Positions 29,047-40,329 of a stretch of DNA of 64,000 bases are shown one piece after another (the stretch's first letter is position 1; the number at the start of each line of letters is the position of its first letter). The translations under genes were made by a program, and so were the position numbers. The notes under the pieces were generated by a model. That model was given only the letters and a program-made list of their open reading frames with translations, was not told the origin of the DNA and did not search any database. Where the stretch lies: positions 116,002,001 through 116,066,000 of the forward strand of contig OX597816.1 in the NCBI GenBank assembly GCA_951406725.2. Reading direction: 5' to 3'. Origin of the DNA: Octopus vulgaris (lineage: Eukaryota).

Positions 29047-29204
29047 ATATATTTAGTATATATATAATTATACATATATATATACACACACATACATTTA
29101 TATATATATACATGCACACACACACACGCGCGTGCGCGTATATATATATATATATATATATATACATAAGGAGCTTCTACAGGACTAGAACTGTTTCATT
29201 CAAA

Positions 29205-29255
29205 AGCTTCCTGATGATTTCTTTTGAATGAAACAGTTCTAGTCCTGTAGAAGCT
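29205..29255 (+). ncRNA. Type-I hammerhead ribozyme, intact core
   Basis: AGCTTC-CTGATGA-T-TTC(TTTT)GAA-T-GAAA-CAG(TTCTAGTC)CTG-TA-GAAGCT. Stem I is 6 bp, stem II is 3 bp, stem III is 3 bp plus loop, and the triplet is GUA. It lies in a ~170-bp insert (29168-29340) in (TA)n. Confidence 0.8.
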
Positions 29256-29419
29256 CCTTCTATAAAATAAATTAATTTACTCTGCTATGTATTGAGTACC
29301 TTATTTACTGTGGTTAACCCCGACTCAACCCGGGACCTACATATATATATAAATATATATATATATACAGAGACATGACTGAAGTAAATAGACACCCATA
29401 AAACATCGTTTTATGTTTA

Positions 29420-29653
29420 CAGTAATCCCTCACCACATCACAGTTCCCCTATTGCGGTTCACCTATCGCGTTTTATTATTTAAGCTTACGTCGATTCCGC
29501 CGTGCTGTTGTTTTGCATTTATAATAAAATAAATACATACAAATTATAAAAATAATAAAATAAAATTTACAGTATTGTTTCTACTTTGCGGATAGTCACC
29601 TATCGCAGGGGTGGGGCTGGAATGTAACACCCGCGATAGTCAAAGGATTACTG
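29420..29653. mobile_element. Tc1/mariner-pogo (Tigger-like) MITE, 234 bp
   Basis: TA|CAGTAATCCCT ... AAGGATTACTG|TA gives terminal inverted repeats with a TA target duplication. Internal CACCTATCGC repeats are present. Confidence 0.8.
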
Positions 29654-29729
29654 TATTCTAACTTAAGGCTTATATTTTTTATTAATTGACATTTTTATGT
29701 TTCAAGTTCTATATGTAACTGTTTAATCC

Positions 29730-30155
29730 AACCATGTACAAAAGAATCCTTGAAACTGTCTGAATTGTGGGTTATTCTGAAGGTGGAAATTGCATAAAAT
29801 CCTAGAAAACCTTGGGATACCGCTTTCTACAATTAATAGAGTGAATGTGCAATTCACCAGAGAGAGAAAGGTATCCACATAACCTCGACCAGACCAACCA
29901 GGGCTCTCTGAAAAGGCCCTTCTCTTTGTTAAGAGAAGTGTGGAGGATAATCCTCGTAGCAAGGCCTCTGACAGCAGAACAAGTTATTTTCTGTCCCCGA
30001 AACACCTGTCAGGTGTGTCCACAAACTTGGTTACTATAGCAGAGCAGCAAGAAGGAAGCAACTTCTTCGACCAGCCAACATCAGGCGGAGAAAAGATTGG
30101 GCTAGTGAGAGGCATTTTGGGACACCGTCATATTCTATGATGAGTTCAGATTTAC
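29730..30155 (+). pseudogene. Tc1-like transposase N-terminal half (HTH and first catalytic D)
   Basis: NLGIPLSTINRV...PRPDQP...VKRSVEDNPR, then ARRKQLLRPANIRRRKDWA, then FWDTVIFYDEFRF (compare W..VIFSDESRF). Stops and frameshifts are present. Confidence 0.75.
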
Positions 30156-30201
30156 TTCTATATACTAACCCTAAGATTCCGAGTTCGATTCCAGGCAGTG
30201 A

Positions 30202-30285
<84 letters not shown>

Positions 30286-30384
30286 TAATAATAATAATAA
30301 TAAATAACAATAATAATAATAATAATAATAAATAATAATAATAATGAATAATAATAATAATAAATAATAATAATAATAATAATG

Positions 30385-30463
<79 letters not shown>

Positions 30464-30465
<2 letters not shown>

Positions 30466-31048
30466 GCCCTGATGCAGTACCAGGCAGTGGCTATGCCCTG
30501 ATGCAGTACCAGGCAGTGGCTCTCATGGCTTCTGATCTTAACTGATTGGAAGTGTTATCATGTACATTGTTTTGTCTTGGTATAAAAGATGGGCTACAGC
30601 AAATATTCTGCTCAATACCACAGATTTGCTTGTCAGTTGTTTGACCTTAACCAGTTGAGCATGTCCCTTAGTGGCTGACGATATGTGCATCTCTGATCAC
30701 GAGCAGAAGTAGTGGGGGAGCATCATAGCCATGTGTTGAGAAGGATTCTTTGGGGTTTGAATAATTCACCTCTGGAAACATGGGTGTTTCGTTCAACGTC
30801 CTTAAACAACCCTTATTCAGGGACCTTTTGAGCGGGATGGGTTACTCGATCTGAAGAAAATTCTAACTGGGCTCCACCTGCAAGGTCATGTGCTGTTTAT
30901 CTTGATATGAGATCACCATGTCGCGCACATATGGTTGTGATGCATGTGCCTGGTGTACCCTTATCAGACGGGTAGTCATGATGGGTATACTGGGCTTCGT
31001 ATATTTTACCCCAGTGTCACTTTGATGGCATGCTCTGCTCGCTCACTC
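30464..31048 (+). mobile_element. Non-coding TAA-targeting retroposon (or 3' UTR of an RLE LINE)
   Basis: Flanked by (TAA)n on both sides, with a 29-bp tandem duplication at its 5' end. It ends CTCACTC-(AAT)n, and shorter copies with the same right end lie at 39672-39909 and 57964-58021. Confidence 0.8.
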
Positions 31049-31080
<32 letters not shown>

Positions 31081-31226
31081 CAACAACATTAACAACAACA
31101 ACAACATCATCATCAACAACAACAACATTAACAACAACAACAACATCATCATCAACAACAACAACAATAATAATGACATCGAAAAAGTACCTTAGAAATG
31201 AGAATCCAGGTTCGAAATTTCCCCAA

Positions 31227-31272
31227 GACACCTGATGAAGGCTGGAGGGTATATCAGCCGAAGCGTTGTGTT
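31227..31272 (+). ncRNA. Minimal type-I HHR (GAAA mutated to GAAG in this copy)
   Basis: GACAC-CTGATGA-A-GGCTG(GAGGGTATAT)CAGCC-GAAG-CG-TT-GTGTT. Confidence 0.7.
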
Positions 31273-31921
31273 AACACCAAACAAGACGAGGAGAAAAATC
31301 GTCAACTGTAAATAATTTAAATAATGTATATGTTAAAAGCTTTGTATATATGTGTATATGCATGTTTTGTGTACGTGACAGGGTTTCTGTGTACGTGTGT
31401 GACTGTTTTTATGTAAATTTATTATTTTAAAGCAAGTTTAAGAATAAGAGTGTAATACTTAGTAGTTAGTTTACTCTAAATTTAATATCAAGTAATATGT
31501 ATTGTGAATATAATATTAATTGAGAATTCAAATATCATTTATTGTCTTGTTTACTTGGAAACTGAACTGGGGGATCAGTAAAGTTCCAGTAAATTTTAAC
31601 TTCACAACATATATATTTTTTATGTTTTATCTTTCCCTTTCAGTCTTTGGACTTCACCCATGCTGGTACATTGTCTTGAAGAGTTTAGTCGAATGAATCT
31701 ATCCTAGAGTTTATTTATAAGGCCTTGTACTTGTTCTATGCGACTTACCACAGACCAACACTTACCACTATGCCACTTACCACAGACCGACGCCTGCACA
31801 CATGACTGTCATTGATGTAACAACCAGTGTATGTGTGTGTATGTGTGTGTGTGTGTTTGTCTGCCTGTGTGTGTGTGCATCAGTAAACAAAGAAAAGAAT
31901 GAAGTGTATGGTATTTTTAAT

Positions 31922-32021
31922 CAGTTACGATCGTTTCAATAATGAGTAGAATTTGCTTACATGCATACCAGTTACGATCGTTTCAATAATGAGTAGAATT
32001 TGCTTACATGCATACCAGTTA
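31922..32021. repeat. Perfect 47-bp tandem duplication
   Basis: CAGTTACGATCGTTTCAATAATGAGTAGAATTTGCTTACATGCATAC occurs twice, followed by CAGTTA. Confidence 0.9.
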
Positions 32022-32437
32022 AATAATTTCGGAGGATATCAAATGAAAATTTATCTAAATATTTCTTCGGACTAATTCATAAGAGGAGCACCAAAACAGA
32101 TACTGTATTTCATAAGAGATTTTACTCTATTAAATATAAGGAAGTACGATATAAAATACAAAGTTGTAAATTATTAACAGCAGATTGTCAGGTTATCACA
32201 ATTTCCTACTAATCAGGAGACTATTGTGACAGATTGACTTATTAGTTTCCCAAATTTAAATCTATTATAAACAGCTCGGAACACAAAGTATGAACCTACT
32301 AATTTATTTTATATATATTACGGTGGGGGAGATAAAAAGCTAGCAATCGATGCGTAAGTGTTGAGAGTTTGCTATTATATATTCTTAGAATAATGGCTTT
32401 CAAAGGGGGAAACACTTGCGTAGAAAATTCCAAGATA

Positions 32438-32705
32438 GCCGTAGGCGTGGTGATGTGTTACATGGTTCTGAGTTCAGTACGTATGTTGTGTATGTAAGTC
32501 TATATGAATATGAATATGCTTACACAATTATACATGGTATGGCTATGTGATATAAAGTTTGCTTCCTAACTACATTGTTCTTGGTTCAGTTCTACTGCAT
32601 GGCATCTTGGGGATGGGGCAATGGTCTTCTACTATAGCTACTATAGCCTTGGTCTGACCAAAGCCTTAGTCATTTTGGTAGACGGAAGCTGAAAGAATCC
32701 CGTTG

Positions 32706-32742
<37 letters not shown>

Positions 32743-32985
32743 ACGCGTGTTTGTGTGCGTGTTTGTGTATGTGTGTGTGTGTAGCGCGCATGTGTGTGTG
32801 TTTTCCAAACCGCTTGACAACCGATGTTGATGCGTTTACGTCCCCGCAGCTTAGCGTTCGGCAAAGAGACTGACAGAACAATTACTAGGCTTTGAAAGAT
32901 AAGTACGGGAGCCGATTGGTTCGGCTAAAATATTTCAAGGGGGGCTCCATTATGGCCGCATTTTAATAACTGAAATAAGTAAAGG
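32438..32985 (+). mobile_element. Diverged SINE family A copy with an extra partial head
   Basis: Head fragments at 32438 and about 32535, body TTTGGTAGACGGAAGCTGAAAGAA, and tail GCTCCATTATGGCCGCA...ACTGAAATAAGTAAA. Confidence 0.75.
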
Positions 32986-34574
32986 AAATAAAAAAAATGA
33001 AATCGAGACTAAGAATACAAGAGCAAGTGCAATCTGCTAAAGGTCGGGGTTACGATATATTCTATAATTATCATCAAAGAGGCCTGGATCTTTACTTACA
33101 ATGGCACTAAATATATTGATTAGTTACGAAGTAAATTATCAGAAAAGGGAATTTTGAGACATGCAGGTTGTTCGAAAGATTCACCAGTGATTGAACTAAA
33201 GTTTACAATATGTCACCGATAAAGTTAAGCAAACGAAATTTTAAGAATAACATTTATTGAATTGGCGAGCTAAGCGGATCGACAATTCATTACCATTGTT
33301 AATTAGATTAGATTTACGATGAAAATTGTCTAGTGCCTCTACAGAATAGAATAGCAACCGCGTCCACTCCCTTTATACGGAAGCGCTGTGCGTATAATTG
33401 ATCACAATAGGGAATAACTAATATTTTATTTTCCAGGTCAAAAATAAATTTAGGAAACAAGGTACTAAAAGCATTGTTTATTTATTTATTTATTTTGAAA
33501 GGAACGTACTTGATTGTGCGCTAGATTTAATTTTTGAATAGAGTAGCACCGATATAATGATGTTCATTATTTGGCGTCTTAATTAAACATTTATATATTA
33601 AATTAGTTCTAAATTATTAGTTATTTAAATGCCACTTTATAGTATTTCTACAGTTATGCTTGTTATTACAGATATTAGCTGAAGAATTATTGCTAATTGA
33701 ATTAGTGTTTTATTATTATTATTAGAAGAGGCTACTACGAGTTAGGTTTAAAGTTACACATTCTTCTGCCGCCACACAAGATGGTATTATTATCGTTCGA
33801 ACACAGCTTGTCACCTGTATATTTAAAACGTCTAACTCTCCTAGATTGAGGCTTACCACTTTCAGTGGAAGTTCCAGGGCTTTTTAGTTGGTTCTCATTC
33901 TCTATTACTAAAGTATAATTCCTGCAATCGTCTATACAGATTTTTGAACTTCTTTTCAAGTCAGAAATATTGCAATATTGCATGTTCATGCAACTGTATA
34001 AACTGCAGTAGCTGCGCTCTCAACAGACACTGCTTAAACGGATTTTCAGCATACTGCGCCAAGCTAAAATTGTTTGATACTTCTCAATCAAAATCTCATA
34101 TCAAAACGAAAGTGAACTAATCCAATCCAAGCCATTACTCGTACAAATATTTGATAGGAGATACTCGACACCTTTTTAGGCAGATTTACAGATTGAGGGA
34201 AAATGATATTAATCCATTTTTCTGTATGTGCATATAGGCACGATACTTACAGGAATAACAAAGAAGTATTAATGCTACACCATAACGGAAAGTGACTGAA
34301 TTCAAAATTGGATATTTCATCTACTTTTTTGCAGAGAACAATATATTTGCTACGTACATAAATGCAAAACAATATATCTGCCTTAATATTTTGGATTTCA
34401 GTAAGATATTTCACGCACTGACTAATTCTCCTCATTCGTATAGTCTGTATTTTTCTCTCCTAATTTACCTTTGTTAAAATGTTTTTTTCTTTATATAACA
34501 TTTCATTGACATTATTGGCTTTTTGTTCCGTTTCCGCTCGTGGTGTTATTTTATTCTTTCGCCGTCACTTTCTC

Positions 34575-34625
<51 letters not shown>

Positions 34626-35367
34626 CTCTTTATATCCTTTTGTTGCCAAGTAAGCATTTCAAACTGTTAACAATACTTTATAACGTAAGTTTATGAATGA
34701 ATACTATCCTGAGTGCTTTGAAAGTATTTTCTCTGCTGTACCTTTTTTTCTATATATTTCTTTAATGCTCTTTAATATTTTTATTGCATTTGTCTATGAC
34801 TAGTCTTTTATGTATGTCTTTGACGTTACGACACTAACTTCGCCACGTTAAACTCTTATTTATTTCATCTAGTGTTATTTTAATAAAAAAAAAATGCGCC
34901 AACAATCATATTTTTTATCTATATCCCGTTGAATTAACTGCTATGATTAATTCATCAAACAATTTCCGATGATGGGGCGTGTAAAGCTCGGAGTAATGAC
35001 TTGTAGAATTTTAATTCAAGCATATATTAATATTGAGTCTACGCTCAATATTAATTGCTTTCTTTATCATTGGTTATGCAACATCGATTCCACACACTTA
35101 CACACATACATGTACAAACATATCCATGCATATCTATCTATCTATTAATCTATCTACCTATCAATTTACCTATTTTTCTATTAATATATATATATATTGA
35201 GAAAGAGAGGGAGAGAGACAGACAGACATGAGATTATCGTTTGTTCTCTACGTGTGTTTCAAAGTGTTGACACTGATTGGAATCATTACATTGAATATTC
35301 TGTGCATTTGGATGCTTAATTACAACAGATCATGAGGGAAACACCTTCTTACATTATAATTACATAG

Positions 35368-35425
<58 letters not shown>

Positions 35426-36124
35426 GGTATACACCTTGTACTATCTTGTTTAAAGCCCGTTCGTAGTATTGAACTATCTTATGTCAACAGCAGAATGGAA
35501 TTATATACTAGTGGATGAACTTCAGGAATTTTTTGTCCCGTGGAAGATATAAATCATATGATAGAATAAAAATGGAATTCACGAGATTCTTTATTCAGAA
35601 CCAATACAATCGTTTCGACCCATCATGCACTGGTAGCTTGTAAGTGATATGCTGTACAAGCAATTACCAAACATGGTAGGCGCCGTTTCGCTTATTGCTA
35701 TAACGAAGCACTTTAGTAAACGTAGTGTAATATCTGAACGATAAGATAATGAAGTCTTCTGACATAAGCAATAAATTAAAGTACACAAGGATAAAAGAAT
35801 AAGGAATCAAAAATGTATTAAATAAAGCAAATAAAAAGAAATACAATAAAGGATAAGATGCTGTTATATAAAAACATAAAATACATGCAATCAGAATTCA
35901 ACAAAAAGAAAAAACACTCGAACTTTTATATTGACTTTTACACTTCATCAAAACAAATACTTTAGCATATATACATACACACAAATATGTCCATACATTG
36001 AACTATATCCAACATACGCGCATACACGTATCTAGATCTCTATCTACCTATTTATCAGTCTGTCTCTGTGTTTCTATCTATCTATCTATCTATCTATCTA
36101 TCGATCTATCTATTTATTTATTTA

Positions 36125-36600
36125 TTATATAAAATCCGTTCTGTCTGTGTGTGTGTGTTCTATGATCTCGGGCATCCTCCATCCGATTGCGCTCAAATTT
36201 GCTATGTAGATACCGACGGTATCAGGGTGTGTATAGTTCTTGAAAATATAAAAATCGATTCCAGGTGAGAATGCGATAGATAAAGCCGTTTTTGTCCTGC
36301 TTTTCTTCTGTCAAAGGTACATAACTGCACCTTCCATTTTTGTTGTTTTTGTACTGCTTAAGGGCGCGTTTGTTTCCTGCCAAGCTTACTATTTAAACCA
36401 TGTTTGTGTTCTCCCAGTCAACAGCCTTATCATTACTGGTACTTTAAATTCTTCGGTTGCATATTTGTGTAAATAAAATCGTTTTTCTTTGGAATAGAAA
36501 AGAAGTCTATCTTTATTTCTTCTTTTGCTGGTGTCTCAAATTTAGGTTAAATCGGTGTTTGTCAAAGGGGAGGCCTATCGGACGTTCGGACAAGCTGTTT
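36125..36600 (+). mobile_element. Possible non-autonomous Helitron-like 5' end
   Basis: TATATAAAA...CTGTCTGTGTGTGT...CCGATTGCGCTCAAATTTG layout typical of animal non-autonomous Helitrons. No 3' hairpin or CTAG end was found. Confidence 0.35.
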
Positions 36601-36664
36601 TGAGAAAATCTGGTTTAAATGTTTGACAACTCAGCACCGTCCATTGGACGGGGGGCGTTTTGCT

Positions 36665-36724
<60 letters not shown>

Positions 36725-36801
36725 TGTATATATGTATGTATGTATATATATATATATATACACACATATATATATGGATGTATATATATACATACATACA
36801 T

Positions 36802-36844
<43 letters not shown>

Positions 36845-36845
36845 T

Positions 36846-37045
36846 AAATCCAAACATGAAAACACAAAGAGAAAACACAACAACGCGAGGACGTGGAACA
36901 AGTATAGTATTATTGGACGCTCAGGAAAGACGGAAAGGAGGGTTTAACGTTTCGAGCGGAGCTCTTCGTCAGAAACATAGGAAAATGAAAGAACCAAAGA
37001 AGGGAAGACGGAGGAAAAAAAATCGCCAACGGTACACACGCGGAT
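36846..37045 (-). mobile_element. ~200-bp HHR-bearing element in (TA)n
   Basis: Bounded by (TA)n. A second copy at 46814-47000 shares AATCCAAAC...CAACGCGAGGACGTGGAACAA...ATTATTGGACGCTCAGGAAAGA. Confidence 0.8.
36942..36976 (-). ncRNA. Minimal type-I hammerhead ribozyme, canonical core
   Basis: Minus strand reads GTTT-CTGACGA-A-GAGC(TCC)GCTC-GAAA-CG-TT-AAAC. The palindromic AACGTT stem III implies a dimeric fold. Confidence 0.85.
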
Positions 37046-37694
37046 ATACATATATATATTAATTTATATTAATAAATGTGTCTGTGTGTGTGTTTAAATA
37101 ATATTTTTATATTTGCCTGCATTTATCTACCTACTTATACATATTCGCATATACATATATGAGCGTAATTATATGTGTGTATTTATTTACACAAATACAT
37201 ATATATTTACACAAATACATATATATTTCCCCCTCCCTCTTTCTCTTTCTCACTCGCTTCCTTTCTTTCTGTTTCTCTCTTTCGCTCATTCGCTTACCGT
37301 CTCGTTTTTGTTTTTGCTTTACGTGCACAAAATACTTGTACATATTTTTCCCACTCACCCAACCACCCTTTCAATCTTCCGGTTCTCAGCCCTCCTCGAA
37401 CCGGCCCCCCTCCACATTTCCACTCACCCTTACCCCCACTACTTCTCGATCCCATACACATTCAGTGATTTTCCCTTCAACTACGTCACCCATCCGTTTT
37501 ACCACGGTAATTTACAACCCACATTGACACCGCAATCCCTGCCATTTATCACCCAAGCTAGAGAAACAGTTTAGCAACAAGTGGACCATAGCAATGGAAG
37601 CAACAACTACAACAACAACAGCAACAAACTGCCACCACCACTCTCCTACACGACTATTATTACAATCACAGCCATCACCATCACCACAAACACG

Positions 37695-37743
<49 letters not shown>

Positions 37744-38181
37744 TTGCCTTTATGGTTGCTGCTACTGCTCTTTCCACTGGCTCTACTATTGCCACTACTT
37801 ATATACTGGCTATGCTGCCACTGTTACAACTACTATACCAACTACAATTATTAGTACAACTTCTATTACTACTACCACGAAGACATCGACGAATACTACT
37901 ACTACTATTATTATTTACTACTACAGCAATGGCTGCTAATGCTGGTGCTGTTGCCGCTACTGCTACAACTACTACTACTGCTGCTACCTCTACGCTGCTT
38001 CTGCTACATCTACTACTGCTGTTGCTGCCACTATCAAAAATAGTATTCGAATACCGGAGGTAGAGTAATATGCTTTATTATTAAAGCTGCAAAAACACCA
38101 CAAAAGTATCACAAACGACTGCTACTCAGAGTTTCAGGTTCCCGTTCGTTGGACAGTTGTGATTAAGAGTGGGACAAGAGT

Positions 38182-38295
<114 letters not shown>

Positions 38296-38804
38296 CTCTA
38301 AAAACATATATACATGTATACGCTAACACGTACAAAAGCTGATACATACATACATGCTTACATACATACATACCTACATACATACAAACATATGCAGGCA
38401 AATGAATATATTTACTAGTGCATAAATAGATATCTTCACACATATATATGCACAATAAATCCCCGTGCATATGTGGTAAAATGTTTCTAATATATAACTT
38501 TGTTGTTGCTAGTTAGAGAAAGAGGGAAAGAAAAGAACAAAAAGAATCAGAATAAGTAGTGGCGTGTAGGGGGAGGGGAAGAGAGAAAGACAGATATTCG
38601 AAAATAGCGTTCTTAATAGTATCCAGCAGAGAAAAAGAAAAGACAGCATACAGCAAAACCCTTATGTGTGTATAGTCAAACCCATATACACACATATATA
38701 AATAGACTTTCATAAACACACCCACATAAATACACACACATATATATATACATAGTTACACACATGTATACACCCATACATATATACTTATAAACATACG
38801 CATA

Positions 38805-38850
<46 letters not shown>

Positions 38851-39247
38851 TAAACATACATACACAATACATGTATACGCATTCGTATATATTCAAAATC
38901 GTGTGTCTGGTGTATTGAATATTAATATAAGAATAAACATAGAATAAAATAGATAATGATAGAAATTGTTGAAACAAGGAACAATTTCAGATGTTAAATA
39001 AAACCAATTATAAAATCAAATTAAATTGCAAAGAATATTACTTTGTCTAATATAAATTTGAAAATTAGTAAAATTTTGACCTCGGCGAAATTTAAATCAG
39101 AAACTTAGCAACTGGTGAAATATTGCTAAACATCTTGTCCGGCTCGCTAAAATTCTGCCAGCATCGTCACCTTATTAACAGTGACATAATATTGGTAATA
39201 ATTAATTAATGCAATGTAAATAAAATAATTAAGTAATTATAATAATA

Positions 39248-39363
<116 letters not shown>

Positions 39364-39371
39364 CATCATCA

Positions 39372-39442
<71 letters not shown>

Positions 39443-39671
39443 ATATTTATTATTATTATTAAATTATAATAAAAAAATTTTAAAAATTACTAAAAAATCC
39501 ATTCACATTTTCGGTATCTGTAAAACACATCTTGCGCAATTTTAGATGCACGTTTATAGATGTGCATTAAAAAATCAACGTAGAAAGGTATTTCATGAGC
39601 TAAATTTCAAAGTAAGAAAACCAATCTTATTGTTTAAAAGTAATAGTTAAAATTAAAGAAATGCAAAAGAA

Positions 39672-39909
39672 AGGGACCTTTTGAGCGGAATGGGTTACTC
39701 GACCAGAAGAAAATTCTAACTGGGCTACCCCTCTCCACCTGCAAGGTCATGTGCTGTTTATCTTGATATGAGATCATCATGTCGCGCACATATGGTTGTT
39801 TAGCATATGCCTGGCGTACTCTTATCAGGCGGGTAGTCATGATGGGTATACTGGGCTTCGTATATTTTACCCCAGTGTCACTTTGATGGCATGCATTGCT
39901 CTCTCACTC
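39672..39909 (+). mobile_element. 5'-truncated copy of the 30464-31048 element
   Basis: AGGGACCTTTTGAGCGG...CTCTCACTC followed by (AAT)n. Confidence 0.85.
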
Positions 39910-39960
<51 letters not shown>

Positions 39961-40127
39961 CACTAATTTTCATATAGGGTGGTTATTATTATTATTATTA
40001 TTATTATATTTTATCTGTGAATTTGCGCGTGTAATCTGGGAATGCATACAATGCCCTTCTCTGCCCTAGGTGTATGGAAAACACACGGCGAGAAACGGAA
40101 GAAAATTTGAAGAAAGAAGGAAAAAAC

Positions 40128-40177
<50 letters not shown>

Positions 40178-40329
40178 GATAGAAATATATATTTTTTATC
40201 CAGTTGAAGGTTTTCTTGAAAGGCGAAACTGTAAAATGCATGTTATACTAAATGGTGCCAGTTTTTAGGTGGAAAAGTCAAATTCAAATGCCAAAGTCAA
40301 TGTTACACCCATACGGTATTTTTCACTCC

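Larger units (their letters stand above)
30163..31328 (+). mobile_element. tRNA-box SINE-like element with internal (TAA)n and 3' HHR, split by a nested insertion
   Basis: B box GAGTTCGATTCC at 30181, then (TAA)n, then the 3' part 31177-31328 with GGTTCGAAATTTCC, the HHR at 31227-31272 and a (TAAATAATG)-like tail. Confidence 0.55.

Noticed and set aside
34961-35725. Additional very degenerate HHR-like traces (34961-35010, ~35680-35725; also ~21380, ~27510, ~40200)
   Set aside because: Each has two or more core mismatches and cannot be told from chance without family alignments, so they were not listed as features.
37581-38063. 160-aa Thr/Ala/Leu-rich ORF resembling a mucin or membrane protein
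   Set aside because: It is built from degenerate (ACT)/(GCT)/(AAC) trinucleotide tracts, with no recognisable domain or splice context.
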